64,000 nucleotides of DNA from positions 60,326,001-60,390,000 of the forward strand of contig OZ024745.1 of the NCBI GenBank assembly GCA_964016885.1. Reading direction: 5' to 3'. Both the position numbers and the translations under genes were made by a program. Each line of letters starts with the position of its first letter. Position 1 is the stretch's first letter. The DNA is from Eledone cirrhosa. Lineage: Eukaryota. Positions 13,744 through 28,705 of this stretch are shown in pieces. The notes beneath the pieces were generated by a model. The model was given only the letters and a program-made list of their open reading frames with translations, was not told where the DNA came from and searched no databases.

Positions 13744-14002
13744 CGTATGTATGTATGTATTCATTCCTAACCCTCTCTAGTCATAAACAAATAAGTTTAG
13801 AAATAGCTACTTTGTGTGGTTGTGTGTCAAACATTCTTTTGAATATATGTTACTCATTCCTGTTCATATTTATTATTAACAAAACATAATTTGTAAGGTA
13901 AACAGAAATTTGATACATTTAAGCTCAGTCTAGATTCCGTTTATAGATAATACATGTATGTTAATATGACTATCAATACGTATGTTTGTATGTATGTATG
14001 TA

Positions 14003-14640
14003 CTGGGAGTGAAGGACCCCTAGCCTTTGTCAGGGCATTCTTCTGGAGAAGGCAACTCAGGAAACTGGGATAACTCCGACATAAAACCTGCGGCTCAGTA
14101 GTTATTGAGGTTGTTGATCTTTTCTTCTTTTCGAGTTAAGCTACTGTCGCTCAGAGAGTGGGATTGGCTCAGTGCACAGTCTTTCCTCACTTTAAAAAAA
14201 ATCCTCACGCACAGGCATTGCACGATAGCATTAATTGATAATTATTAATAATGTTATATTGTGCAATGTGCATACTCGATAACGAGGAGGCAGCCATCAT
14301 AAATGTATGTATGTAAGCTTGCTTGGTGAGGAGGGTGATATTTGGACACCCCTCGAGATGAAATACAAGATCCGGCAAAGGGCGGAGGAACTCAGCAGAG
14401 CCAACGGCTATCCAAATAGTACTTGTTTTTCACCTGGGAGTGAAAGGCCACCAGTTGTTGTCACAACACCTTTCTAAGAGAGGGAAATTCTGGAAAAAAA
14501 ACCTGCGGCTTTGGAAGCATCCGATGTTGTTGACCAGTTCTCCTTTTCGGGTAGTGTTTTCGATGCTCAGAGAGTGCGATTGGTCGAGTGCAAGGCCTTT
14601 CCCCACTTAAAAAACCTTCAAAGCACAGGCATTGCTTGTT
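14003..14640. repeat. Two tandem copies of an interspersed repeat (possibly a LINE UTR) in (TATG)n
   Basis: 14003-14230 resembles 14434-14635 and 56520-56722. Confidence 0.6.
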
Positions 14641-15156
14641 AAGGATATGTTACCGGTTCGTGTGGCTGGTGGTAGCCTAAAAGTGCACCAAACTCCAATA
14701 ACTATATTATCTCCTCAAACTACCAAAACATACATCTATTTGGATATGCGCTACAAGTTATGTACATGTTATGTTTATCGCATATCGAAGTTTTCTGACC
14801 ATTTTAAGGTGCAAAGAGCTAAACTAACCATTACAACTAAATTGTCAAAATTTTCCAACCCCCACCCACTATTCATAAATGTTTCCACCGCCCCTGATAT
14901 ATGATAGTATATAATTGCCATATATTTTCAGAATTAGCTCAATGGGCTTGCATATTATGTTAGTTTGAAGAGAAAAATGTTTAGAAAGTTTTTGAAACGC
15001 AGACATAAACAGAGCAAATAAAATCAAGTATATACATGGAAATTTTATCTTTTAAATCATATTTAATTCCTTAGACATGATTCAAGTGGCTGTACATCCA
15101 ATTATTTGAATAATATTATGTGACAATTCGTATAATCAATATCTATGCATACACAA

Positions 15157-15369
15157 TGAGATATAGGTATATATGTACTTCTCCATCATCGGAGGAGTAC
15201 AAAACATATTAAATAAAACCAGAATATCTTCTAAAGCCAGAAGGTCTTCTAAGGTCTGCCATCCTGTCTAAGGTACGAATTGTATTTCGGACACATTCTG
15301 GTTCTTTTAAATGTTTTTTTTTAACTCCTCCGATGATGGAGAAGAAGTACATATATACCTATATATCAT
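15157..15369. repeat. Fold-back module
   Basis: tataggtatatatgtacttctccatcatcggaggagt and its reverse complement at 15324-15364. Confidence 0.8.
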
Positions 15370-15509
15370 AAGTGTGGTGGCATGATGAAGGGTGTGACGT
15401 CGGGGGGACAAAGGTGTGACATCTTCATGAATCGACATTACAACTCCACCATCATTTCTTTCTTTCCTGTCAGTTTGAAATCTTGCAAAATTGGGATATT
15501 TAAAGGATG

Positions 15510-15702
15510 GGGACGTTGTGTGTGACTACGGCATCGAACCACAGACTACGTTGCATCTCCTGATATGCCCTCTGCTGGAACACCTCTGCACAGCATTGGA
15601 CTTGGCAGAATTTAATGAGAAAGGACAGCAATGTGTTCAGCTGTAGCGGAACCACATCTAGCCGAGCTTTGTAACTGACACTCTTGTAAACACGATAAGA
15701 AG
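15510..15702 (+). mobile_element. Non-LTR (RTE-X-like) 3' end
   Basis: EPQTTLHLLICPLLEHLCTALDL zinc-knuckle remnant, short UTR ending acacgataagaag. Confidence 0.5.
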
Positions 15703-15719
15703 TTCGAAATACTTAAGTG

Positions 15720-16434
15720 TGTATATTTTAATATTTGCTATGTTTGATGCTGGGTGCCTTTCTGTCAATACTATTACATTACTTGATTACATGTGGGAAG
15801 GTCTCACAGGCAAGGAATTTGGTTCTGTTGCAGAGCTCTGACATTCGCCAGAAATACAAGTGTGACATTTGCAGCCGTGTGTCAGAGGTGTCTATTTGGT
15901 ACGGTTGGTGTAGAGAGGTGGCTATGTGTGATGGCGTGCATACCTTTGGCTCTGTATACAGCAAATTCTAAGGAGTGTGTATGAATTTGGGCTAGTTAGG
16001 AAGCAGGTTATTGGTGATGTTTCTAGGATGGTTAGAGCGGTGGTGGATGTAGTGAAGGTTGTCGTTTGGTTTCCTGTAACGCCCCACTCTCAAATTCCTC
16101 CAGAATCCTTTTTCGCCTGCTTCCTAACTAGCTTAATTTCATGCACACTCCTTAGAATTTGCTGTATAGAATTCACTTTCAATGCTTGACCGGCTCCACT
16201 CACTCCCTCATTGTTCTACAGGCAAGTTCAGCCACCCCCACCTCCTACCCACTGCCATGAAAGATTTAATTGTGTTTACAAGAAATTTTGACCAATCCTT
16301 TTGACAACTACAATCTTCCCATATAAGGAATTACCCCTTGAAAAGTTCGGCTATTTATTACCACGCTAAAAATTCTAATTTCGTCCAGAAATAGCCGTCG
16401 AAACGGCTTGAGCTCTGCCGTCAGGGTTAAACAT

Positions 16435-16440
<6 letters not shown>
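15720..16440. mobile_element. Deleted and inverted Penelope-like relic
   Basis: minus strand YRKPNDNLHYIHHRSNHPRNITNNL (PLE thumb motif); 15953-16008 inverted at 16116-16169. Confidence 0.6.
16331..16430 (+). ncRNA. Degenerate hammerhead with full stem III
   Basis: ttacccct-TGAAAA-..cggctattt..aaatagccg tc-GAAAC ggc ttgagctct gcc GTC-agggttaa; 3' halves also at 629-666, 17788-17830, 19146-19182. Confidence 0.5.
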
Positions 16441-16481
<41 letters not shown>

Positions 16482-16586
16482 CAGGGAGTGTAATTTGGAG
16501 TTACTGTAGGTTCACCGGGTGAGCACTCGATGTTTAGGTTCACTTCAATGTCGAGGTGTAGAGCTGTAGAACTAGACAGAGTGTAT

Positions 16587-16853
16587 TATAGTGAAAAGAT
16601 AACAAGGACGATTGGTTACTCCTTCATTACATTTATTGGTTGGTGACGCGCGTTTCGCCACTGATCACCTCAAGGTTCGATCTGTATCGATCTTACCCGA
16701 CTCTGTAATCTGCGGATCCCTTACACGACGAGCCGCAGATGATAGAGTCGGGTAAGATCGATACACATCGAACCTTGAGCTGATCAGTGGCGAAACGCGC
16801 GTCACCAACCAATAAATGTAATGAAGCAGTAACCAATCGTCCTTGTTATCTTT

Positions 16854-16861
<8 letters not shown>
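16587..16861. repeat. Fold-back (~125-bp arms) containing a hammerhead 3' half
   Basis: Near-perfect inverted repeat; GAAAC-gcgc-GTC at 16792-16803. Confidence 0.9.
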
Positions 16862-16949
<88 letters not shown>

Positions 16950-17083
16950 ACGATAAATTAACGGAGGCATAGGCCGTCGTTATTCCCTGTAAATAATGTG
17001 CTCAAAGGGGAAGAGATCCTGAGCCCTTTAAAATATAATATGTTGAGAAGGTAACACACCAGAGAGTGTGTTACCTTCTCAAC

Positions 17084-17628
<545 letters not shown>

Positions 17629-17630
17629 TT

Positions 17631-17840
<210 letters not shown>

Positions 17841-17944
17841 TTACCCACGCTACTACCCTAAGTATTGAGTACTCTCGTGCGTTATGGTCCATCTGGTTCC
17901 TTACCACAACTCCTCTATATAATATAATATAATATATATATATA

Positions 17945-18046
<102 letters not shown>

Positions 18047-18258
18047 TACACACCTAAGCGTGTACTAAGATACATCAAAGCTGAAATATATTGATCATTA
18101 TCAGGTATTTTGTTTTAAATTTTATTAATTTTAATCGATTACTCTACGAATTAAGTAATCTTGCATTCAGTACAGATTGTCTCTAGTCTTTAAGCTGTGA
18201 TATACCTTAGTACACGCTTAGTTGTGTATGACTATATTTCATTAACTTTCTTATAATT

Positions 18259-18444
18259 AGGGCGGTGAATTGGCAGTATCGGTAGAGGGTCAGACGCCAT
18301 GCTTTCCATCATAGTTACGTCCCTTTAAGGTCTGAGTTCAAATCCCGTCGAGGTTAACTTTGCCTTTCATCTTTACCGGGTCGATAAAATAAAGTACCAG
18401 TAATGAACTAGGTAATTGCTGGCCTTGTGCCAAAAGTAGAAACA
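18259..18444 (+). mobile_element. tRNA-derived SINE, full length
   Basis: 18-bp TSD attaactttcttataatt at 18241 and 18445. Confidence 0.9.
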
Positions 18445-18684
18445 ATTAACTTTCTTATAATTGATTAAGGCTCGATTTTATTCTTCAGCTGCTTTTAGAG
18501 ACAAGTCATATGTTTGATTTTGTATCATTCATGACATCCTTTACTTTGAATGTAATATAATATATGTGTGTGTGTGTGTGTGTGTAACCATACTCTACTC
18601 ACCCAAGTATCGAGTACTCTGTTGAATAATGGTCTAACCAGTTTCAAACTGAATCTATCTTGATTTATACACACACACACACAC

Positions 18685-18762
18685 ATGAGGGTCTGCTGAA
18701 AACTTCATAGGCTGACCAAGATACTCTCATGGAATTACCAAATGAGATTTATTTTTCAACAT
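18685..18762. mobile_element. Mariner-like terminal fragment
   Basis: tgagggtctgctgaaaacttcataggc resembles TACGAGGG..AAAAGT mariner TIRs. Confidence 0.45.
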
Positions 18763-18882
18763 GCAAAGAAACAATGCAATTATTAATAAACAGAGTTGAA
18801 ATTAATGCATGTTAGATTTCACAGCTCTAGCTTCACTCCTTCATAATCAGCATGTTTCAGTCGACTCTCGTTTGGACGTGTG

Positions 18883-18913
<31 letters not shown>

Positions 18914-19078
18914 CAGGCGAAAATATATACGCTCACAACATATATATGCATAGACATATATACATACATATGAAAGAATTAGATCAAGTATGTATATAAA
19001 TAGCCTCGTATATGGTGCGTATGTTCTCTTTTTTTCTTGTTTTACTCAAAGGTCTACGGCTATGCGGTAGCACTGCTA

Positions 19079-19130
<52 letters not shown>

Positions 19131-19394
19131 ATATATGTATATATGTAGCTGCTGAAACGGCCGGAGCTCAGCCGACGGGGTCCTGACTCTTTTCCTATAT
19201 TTCCTGAGTCCAATCTTTTTCGTTGCTATGGCAATGCGGCTGGACTGCCGATCGCTATATTTGATTTGCAAAGCTGTCTAAACGTATTCTTATTACTCTG
19301 GGGTATTATTCTCCATCGAGTGCTAAAACTACATTCCGAATTTGCATTCGTTAGCTTAGCCGCAGCCTAAAGCTTCGTTAATGCTGTACTAAAA

Positions 19395-19495
<101 letters not shown>

Positions 19496-19503
19496 TATAA
19501 AAT

Positions 19504-19548
<45 letters not shown>

Positions 19549-19620
19549 ACTATCCAAGGAAAACTTGAACCGTTAAGGTATTTTTCCTTAGTTATGTCAA
19601 AATTTATAAAGCAAACTTTG

Positions 19621-19681
19621 TATTTTATCTGATGAAAGCGTACCAAAGTTTTGGTACCCTTGAAATATATATAATAGAATA
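19621..19681 (+). ncRNA. Minimal type I hammerhead ribozyme
   Basis: tattttat-CTGATGA-aag c gtaccaa..ttggtac c ctt-GAAAT-atat-ATA-atagaata. Confidence 0.85.
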
Positions 19682-20209
19682 AATATGGTTTTATAAATAT
19701 AGTTTCCATTTATTTAATATCATTGTAAATATATATGTGAGTGTTGTAAATCAGTTATAAACATTTATATTTATATTTGTCGGATTTCCAACAAATTAAA
19801 TATCCTTTCTACTTATATATATATATATATATATAGGGAAGATTAATCATATTATAAGGTATTTATTTTTGAAGTTCTGGTTAACTTTATTTAGTTACCT
19901 ACCTAGCTATGTCAGCTTACACACTTGTAACAATTATCTCCTGTGGTTATTCATGTTTACTTATATGTTAATCAATTTCTAGTTATTATATATATATATA
20001 TACATATACACGATTAAAATAGGTCAACTTGCGTGTGAAAGAGAGAAAATGTGTGTGTGTGTGTGCGCGCGTGTGTGTGCGTGTGCGTGCGTGTGTGCGC
20101 GTGTGTGTACACGGACACACAGACACAAACATACATCTATAGCGATGGTTCTATAGACATAAACATATTCGTGCATACACACACTCGCAAGCGCGCACTC
20201 ACACACACA

Positions 20210-20290
<81 letters not shown>

Positions 20291-20501
20291 AATATCCTCA
20301 CATGTACAAACTTTCGCCTCATCCAATTTCCTGATATTGATTTAGAGTTTGAGATATTGAACGCATTTAATATGCACCTAAATAGATAGTTTAACTCTTA
20401 TAGATAGATAGGTAGAGAGGGGGGGGGGGGTATATAGATAGGTAGATAGATGGATAGATAGGTAGGTAGGTAGGTAGGTAGGTAGATTATATGGATAGAT
20501 G

Positions 20502-20589
<88 letters not shown>

Positions 20590-20866
20590 TGTTTCTTTTA
20601 TTTGCCACCAGGGCATCAAAAGTGGGAAAAGTACAATGGGGGGAGTTTACAAAACAAGGCGTCCTCAATAAGGAGGAGGCAATAACAATATATAAAAATA
20701 AAATAAAATATAACAAAAAATAAAATTTATAACAAAGTCCTCAATAGAGAGGAGGCGCCTTGGGGGGTCGCACACACCCCCGAAAAAAGTGTGCAACCCT
20801 TCTCCTCAGGAGCACAGAGAAGGGGTGCTCCCTTGGTCTTTCATCTTCCTCACCTATAGTCTGATG
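20590..20866 (-). mobile_element. Non-LTR (Tx1/L1-like) 3' end in (ATCT)n
   Basis: Ends gccctggtggcaaataaaagaaac-(atct)n, like 63730-63856. Confidence 0.45.
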
Positions 20867-20984
<118 letters not shown>

Positions 20985-21036
20985 GATAGATAGAGAAATT
21001 GATACTGACACGTACGCGTGTGTATTATATATATAA

Positions 21037-21341
21037 GGGTTGGATTGGCAGTATCGGTAGAGGGTCGGACGCCATGCTTTCCAGCATAGTTACGTCCCTT
21101 AACGATCTGAGTTCAAATCCCGCCGAGGTTGACTTTGCCTTTCATCCTTACGGGGGTCGATAAAATAAAGTACCAGTAATGCACTGGGTAATTGCTGGCC
21201 TTGTGCCTAAAGTAGAAACAATTATATATATATATAAATCCCGCCGAGGTTAACTTTGCCTTTCATCCTTACGGGGGTCGATACAATAAAGTACCAGTAA
21301 TGCACTGAGATAATTGCTGTCCTTGTGTCAAAACTAGAAAC

Positions 21342-21345
<4 letters not shown>
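21037..21345 (+). mobile_element. Full SINE plus tandem partial SINE
   Basis: 21037-21223 and 21237-21345 match the family. Confidence 0.85.
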
Positions 21346-21410
<65 letters not shown>

Positions 21411-21436
21411 CACTTATCTCTCTTTCTTTCTCTCTT

Positions 21437-21486
<50 letters not shown>

Positions 21487-21618
21487 TATCTATCTATATA
21501 TGTGTGTGTGTAGTATGCACATACATACATGCATACATACATACATACATGCATACATACATACATACATACATACATACATACATACATACATACATAC
21601 ATACATACATACATACAT

Positions 21619-21702
21619 GGTGGCTGCCAACTCGTTTTCAAGTACGGCCACTACTTTATATCCATGTAGGAGAACCCCTACCGATGCGCTGAACGAGTGA
21701 AA
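21619..21702 (+). repeat. 84-bp element embedded in (ACAT)n
   Basis: Reverse-complement copy at 56853-56934, also next to (ACAT)n. Confidence 0.75.
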
Positions 21703-23280
21703 CATACATACATACATACATACATACATACATACATGCATGCATACATACATACATACATACATACATACATACATACATACATACATACATACATACA
21801 TACATACATGTATGTATGTATGTATGTATGTATGTGCATGTGTGTTTGTGTGTGGCGAACAATTAAGTAGAGAGAGAGGGGGTAGAATGGGAAACAGAGA
21901 GATAAATGAGAAGGTGTATGGAGGGAAAGTTTGTCCATAAGAGGGGGGTGTAGGGGTGGATGAGGTGAAGGGGACTGGGGAAGGGGGTGGGGAGATAAAG
22001 AAATAGGGAGAGAAAGGGGGAAAAGATAGTGTAATATGTAGAGAGAGGAAAGGAGAGGAGTAAAGGGATGGGATGAGTGACAGAGAGAGAAGGAGGAACG
22101 AGAGGGAAAAGAGGAAACTCTGGGGAGAGAGGGAGAGAGGGAGAGAGGGAAAACAGAGAGAGTGTGTGTGACTGTAAATGTGTATGTGCGTGTGTATATG
22201 AGTATGTGTCTATGTGTGCCTGTGAATGTGTATGTGTGTATATATGTGTGTACCTGTGAATGTGTATGCGTCTATGTGTATGTGTGTGTGTGTGCATCTG
22301 TGCCTGTAAATGTGTGTGTGCATCTGTAAATGTGTGTGTGTGTGTGTGTATATGTGAATGTGTATGTATGTGTGTGTGTATGTGTGTATCTGTGTGTGTG
22401 TGTATCTGTATATGTGTGTGTGTTATCTGTGAATAATGTGTGTGAGTATGTATATCTGTATATGTGTGTATGTGTGTATCTGCGTGTGTGTGTGTGTATG
22501 TGTGTGTGTGTATGTGTGTTTGTCGAAAGTAGGAAAAGAAGCAAAGAAAACGTTGGTGGGGGAAGAGGAACAGTAGAGTGATAGAGAGGGGGGCGAGGAG
22601 GAGGAGGAGGGGAAGAAGAAAAAGAAGAAGAAGAAGAAGAAGAAGAAGAAGAAGAAGAAGAAGAAGAAGAAGAAGAAGAAGAAGAGGTGGAGAAGAAGGT
22701 GAGTAGGAAGGGTGGGGATGGGGAGGAGGGGGAGAGCTCGTCAAAGGAAGAAAGAGCAGAAGTGATAGCGGGAGAGTGGCAGGGGAGGGGTGATGAGAAA
22801 TTGCTGTAAAGAGAAAAAGAGAGAAAAGGGATTAAGACAAGCACTTCGTCAATAAATCAATAGCTGCTATATTGAATGGATATGGGGGGAGGGGGGGGGG
22901 GAGAAGAAGAAGAAGAAGAAGAAGAAGAAGAAGAAGATGAAGAAGAAGAAGAAGATGAAGGAGAGCTGACATTATTCGTTTTGTGATGGTAAATCGGTTA
23001 AACTGTTCATAGCAATGTGGCTGACTTACAACAATGTCGAAAAAGAGGGGAGGGGGCAGTCAGGTGACTGAAATATATTGGACAATATATTAGGAAAGAG
23101 ATGATATATAGATAGATATATAGAGAGAGAGAGTGGGAAGAGAGGAAGGGTGGAGAATATCCGAAAAGGCGGCCGATTTACCGTCTGAGAGTAATGAAAA
23201 GAGGGGTGATGGAATGGTTTAGTTTGAGGAAACAAAAATGAGGAAGCCGAAACCTTTATGTGTGTGTGTGTGTGTGTGTG

Positions 23281-23329
<49 letters not shown>

Positions 23330-23330
23330 A

Positions 23331-23427
<97 letters not shown>

Positions 23428-23651
23428 TTCGTTTCTGAATTTGTTTAGCAAGATTCTTTATCTGAAATCGTGTGTTGAAACCGATATTGTTATACTTTGG
23501 GAGGGTCATGTTGCCAATAAGAAACACACGCACCAGTTGCTTTCACTTCAATTTATTATATATTTATAAATTTATAAATTTACAAATCTACAAACTTATA
23601 AATTTCTGGTCGGTTGGTTGGTTCCACAACCAGATAGTTGTTTATATATAT

Positions 23652-23696
23652 AGTCATAGTCCTTTCGTCACACACTCTGTGACCTCTTCAGTGACT
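23652..23696 (-). ncRNA. Hammerhead ribozyme (mirror copy)
   Basis: Reverse complement of 23839-23883. Confidence 0.7.
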
Positions 23697-23838
23697 GGGG
23701 ATTCCTTTCTTCGTTTCTGTGCCTTTTCTTTCTTCTATCCTACGCCATTTTCTATCCTACGCCATTTTCTGAAAATGGCGTAGGATAGAAAATGGCATAG
23801 AAGAAAGAAAAGGCACAGAAACGAAGAAAGGAATCCCC

Positions 23839-23883
23839 AGTCACTGAAGAGGTCACAGAGTGTGTGACGAAAGGACTATGACT
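23839..23883 (+). ncRNA. Minimal hammerhead ribozyme
   Basis: agtca-CTGAAGA-g gtcaca gagtg tgtgac-GAAAG-ga-CTA-tgact. Confidence 0.7.
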
Positions 23884-24043
23884 ATATATATAAACAACTA
23901 TCTGGTTGTGGAACCAACCAACCGACCAGAAATTTATAAGTTTGTAGATTTGTAAATTTATAAATTTATAAATATATAATAAATTGAAGTGAAAGCAACT
24001 GGTGCGTGTGTTTCTTATTGGCAACATGACCCTCCCAAAGTAT

Positions 24044-24081
<38 letters not shown>

Positions 24082-24281
24082 TATATATATAGTATATATA
24101 TATATATTATATATATATTGTTATACTTGGGGAGGGTCATATTGTTGTAATAATATTGCCAGAATTAATAACAGAACACACTCACTGTTTGGTTGGTTTT
24201 CGCTTCTGTACCTTTTATATCAGTTATAAAAGTAAACCCCCGGATAAACTGTAAAACTAGAAACGTAGTCTATAGCATAAG

Positions 24282-24605
24282 ATGTACAGAGGGTACTTGC
24301 AGAAACATGAAAAAACATACATAGGCGAGACAGCTCGTAGCATAGGTGAAAGGATAGACCAACACTGGGGGGAACTAAAAGGAAGAAAAAACGGTTCAGT
24401 ACTATACGAACACGCCAGACAACAACACGACGGTAACATAGACAACATAGAAATTAAAATAATATCTAAACATAGAAATGACCCAGCAGATAGGCAAATC
24501 AGAGAGGCCAGTGAAATAGGATTTAGAAGGCCAAGGCTAAACAGAAAGAATGAATGGAATAACAACAACACCCAAACAAACAATACTGACCTAAGAGAAG
24601 TATAA
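24282..24605 (+). pseudogene. PLE GIY-YIG endonuclease fragment
   Basis: YIGETARSIGERIDQH..VLYEHARQQH..RQIREASEI..PRLNRKNEW. Confidence 0.85.
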
Positions 24606-24849
24606 ATAAATAAATAAATATATACACAAGCACAATAACAACAAACACATATAAACACACACTAGTAAACTAAGATAGAATATAATAACCAAAACACAGT
24701 CACCCAAACGCGAACACACATCAAACACTATACACACACGCAAACGCATGCGCAGAGAACAAGACAAAAATAAATAAATAAATAAATAAATAAACAGATT
24801 AAATAAAGATGGCGTAGGCATACAATACAACAGGAGGAAACATAGTAGC

Positions 24850-24893
24850 ACCACTGACGATGTTGCAGATGTGCAACGAAAGAACTTTGTTAG
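24850..24893 (+). ncRNA. Hammerhead-like motif in pLTR
   Basis: CTGACGA-t gttgca gatg tgcaac-GAAAG-aa-CTT; weak stem I. Confidence 0.55.
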
Positions 24894-25126
24894 ACTATAT
24901 ATATGTGTTTGTGTCTATATTATATCTGTATTTTTGACCGTTGGTCAGTCAATGGTAAACATTGAGGACCGAATAAATTAACTGATATAAAAGATACAGA
25001 AGTGAAAAACCAACCAAACAGTGAGTGTGTTCTGTTATTAATCCTGGCAATTTTATTACAACAACCCTTCCCAAGTATAACAATATTTGTTTCGACACAC
25101 GATTCATATCAAAAACCTCGCAAAAC

Positions 25127-25252
<126 letters not shown>

Positions 25253-25514
25253 TATATATATATATATATTTGATATATATATGTAATATATATATAATAT
25301 ATATATAATATATATATATAATATATGTAAAATATATATATTATATATAATATATATATATATAATAGATATATAATAGATATATATATATAATATATAT
25401 AATAGATATATATATATAATATATATATTATATATATACTATATATAATATATATATATATATAATATATGTATATATATTATATATATATAAATATATA
25501 TATAATACATATAT

Positions 25515-25560
<46 letters not shown>

Positions 25561-25565
25561 GTATA

Positions 25566-25598
<33 letters not shown>

Positions 25599-25639
25599 AT
25601 ATTTCTTTGGATTTTAGTCTTCAAATTTATTATTATTAC

Positions 25640-25686
<47 letters not shown>

Positions 25687-26188
25687 ACCCTTGAAATATA
25701 TATAATAGTTTATATTGTTTTATAAATATAGTTTCCATTTATTTAATATCATTGTATATATATATATATATTTATTTTATATATATATATACTCTTCCTC
25801 ACACTTTCACTCACTCACTGTTTTTCTCTCTCTTCTCTTCATTTCATCCTGCACACCACGAACGCTATTTTTCTCTCTCTGCTCATAGCCCTCGCTCGTG
25901 TAGGATCTATTCTCTAAGCGCTCATATATTCACCTAGCTTATGCTAAACAGAATAATTTTTGAAGCTTGTTTCTGTCCCCTACGGTTAGCTATACTCTTT
26001 GTTGTTCTCCTGTCTCACTCGCTTTACGCGTTTTAATTGTCCTAATAACTTATTTGGTTATTATTACACCGACGTGAGATATATGATTTTTAATGCAATG
26101 AAATATCTATGATCTTCGGCAAATCACTGATGAGGGACTTATTTTATTACATGTTATCCATGTGCTACCTGCAGTATTTTTCTCTATA

Positions 26189-26228
<40 letters not shown>

Positions 26229-26482
26229 TTTATGAAGCTACTATAAATCTATAAATATGATATATTCACTGCATACAGATCGGACTTCTTTTTTTTATCA
26301 TAAAAGCCCACCGAATGCTGTTCTTCGAGTCTTCGCCATATTGAAAACATCCAATCTTCGCGTGAAAGAGTGACTAAGATAATATCTTATATTCGATGAA
26401 GATAAAGGAAGTGAGATAATATGTATGAAAACAGTATAGTATACTTAATATCAATAGGTTCGATTCGAACTGACGTCCATTG

Positions 26483-26680
26483 CAGACCTGCCAATCTCTA
26501 TAAACCCAAACGGGGAGTACAATGAAAAAAAAGTGCTTCAAAACGGGGAGAAATGAGGCAAAAATGGGGAGATTTTATATAATGAAAGCTTATTCCTATT
26601 TTCACAAGAGAACACATCTCTTACCCACGGCAAAGTGGGTGGGAAATCTCCCCGTCGGACGGAGAGAGTTGACAGGTCTG
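26483..26680. mobile_element. MITE with CAGACCTGCCAA TIRs
   Basis: cagacctgccaa...ttgacaggtctg; flanks ccattg/ctgttg. Confidence 0.65.
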
Positions 26681-26759
26681 CTGTTGTGATGGTAGGAGGT
26701 GTGCCAAAATACGAAATCCAGTGCTGTACTAGAGTTTGGTAATTGTTTCCGCCGTGATA

Positions 26760-27382
26760 TTAGGCAAGGGATTAGATTCAGGCCACCGAGAGAATCTGTC
26801 TACACAGGTCAAAAGTTGTATGCAACCTTGAGAAGTATATAAGGACGTTTTGGCTAGTAGAAACATCACACCAAATACAAGGAGAAGAAATAGAGGAATT
26901 TGTTTGAAAGAAGAAGAAGGGTTTCAAAGTTTGAGAGGTTCTTTGTCTGTCTCTTGGGTTGATTAAGGCGAGGTTGTGCAGTTCATATAAGTGTACGGGG
27001 TTGCAAAAGTTCAGCACAGTGAGAACTGAAGCGGCGGGAAAAATGTATTAGGTCGAGAAACTCTCTTACTTTTCTCAACGAAGTAGGAGCGAGAAAATCT
27101 AAGATCGATTTAACTTTATCGTCGAGAGGGCGGATTTCTAGTTCGTCGAAGTGGTGTCCCGGAAAATTTAGAGAAGAAACGCTGAAAAGGCATTTGTTGA
27201 GATTGATTATGACACCAAACTGAAAATGTAATTGAAGGTTTATTTTTTTTTGGGGGGGGGGGGGGGTTCTACATGGCCACCAGCATATCATCGACGTACG
27301 CGTAGGTGAAGAGTAACCCACGTACTTCTGTGTCGATGAAACCCTGGATGGTTGACGCAGCATTAAAGAAGAAGAAAAAGAA

Positions 27383-27427
<45 letters not shown>

Positions 27428-27480
27428 ATTGACAGGATAGTAATGTCCAGCCAGCGGATTACCAACGGACCTCAAATATT
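26760..27480 (-). pseudogene. Gypsy LTR-retrotransposon pol relic
   Basis: YAYVDDMLVA; GVIINLNKCLF..LNFPGH..PTSLRKVREFLDL..RRF; frameshifted. Confidence 0.8.
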
Positions 27481-27529
27481 TGGATATTTATTGAACTGCT
27501 CTTCTCTGCACTAATCGCCCTTCTTTTCT

Positions 27530-27596
<67 letters not shown>

Positions 27597-27683
27597 TTCA
27601 CCTTTAACTTGTTTGTGTCACCTTTCTTTTTCTTCTTTTGCTCACTCGCTGTTTCTCCATTGTCATCCTGTCTCTATTTTGAA

Positions 27684-27717
27684 CTCCTGAAGAAGGGCTT
27701 AAGCCTGACACGTCGAA
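27684..27717 (+). ncRNA. Degenerate hammerhead
   Basis: CTGAAGA-ag ggc ttaa gcc t-GACAC-GTC; GAAA mutated. Confidence 0.4.
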
Positions 27718-28195
27718 CTTTCTTTCCTCTTTCCAATATAAAGCGTGAAACTAATAAGACTTTTTGTACCTCTGTTTGTTGTCTCCTTGATCTATATTTT
27801 CCACGCTTACGCGGCAATCTTTGTCTTTCGAACCTGGATGTTTACCTTGTGACTGCTCTATTTACCATCCTGTCCAGCCAGCATTACTCACGGACCACGA
27901 ATATTTGTATATATATATATATCTATATACCACGATTTGTATTCCTTAGGATTTTCTTGGTAAGGTATCAACGGAGTTTCAATATACTGAAATACGTATA
28001 ATAGAATTATGTAATAATAATAAGATATACGAATAAAACCGTCTCTCTTATTCATAATATATGTACATATATATATATATATATGTAAGTATGTATGTAT
28101 ACGTACATACATATATGTATACAGACGTACAAAGCGACGTTATAATAAACGTCGGCTAAACTGATGCGTGCATATATGTATGTGTACCTGTATGC

Positions 28196-28254
<59 letters not shown>

Positions 28255-28369
28255 TGCTACTGTACGTCTGTATACATACATGTATGTACGTATACATACA
28301 TACTTACATTTAAGTAAGTGCCATACTAAGAGTGAGAAATGAAATTTCGTTTTCATTTTTTTTTCAACT

Positions 28370-28443
<74 letters not shown>

Positions 28444-28447
<4 letters not shown>

Positions 28448-28533
28448 TGCACACCACCAGTCTCAAAAAAGCACTCTGAGGAGAAGCAGCAGAGCAGAAG
28501 TGTCTTTTCGAGACTGGTGGTGTGCAGTACATA
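28444..28533. repeat. Short fold-back in (TA)n
   Basis: tactgcacaccaccagtctc / gagactggtggtgtgcagta. Confidence 0.85.
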
Positions 28534-28649
28534 TATATATATATTTAATGCGATGAAATACCAATGATGGTTGGCAAATCACTGATGAGGGACTAATTTT
28601 ATAATATGTAACCCATGTGCAACCACGCAGTATTACTCTTTCTTCCCAT

Positions 28650-28705
<56 letters not shown>

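Larger units (their letters stand above)
23427..24051. mobile_element. Palindromic pair of Penelope pLTR ends
   Basis: ~280-bp arms centred on 23770; same family as 33469-33730 and 38875-39192. Confidence 0.9.
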
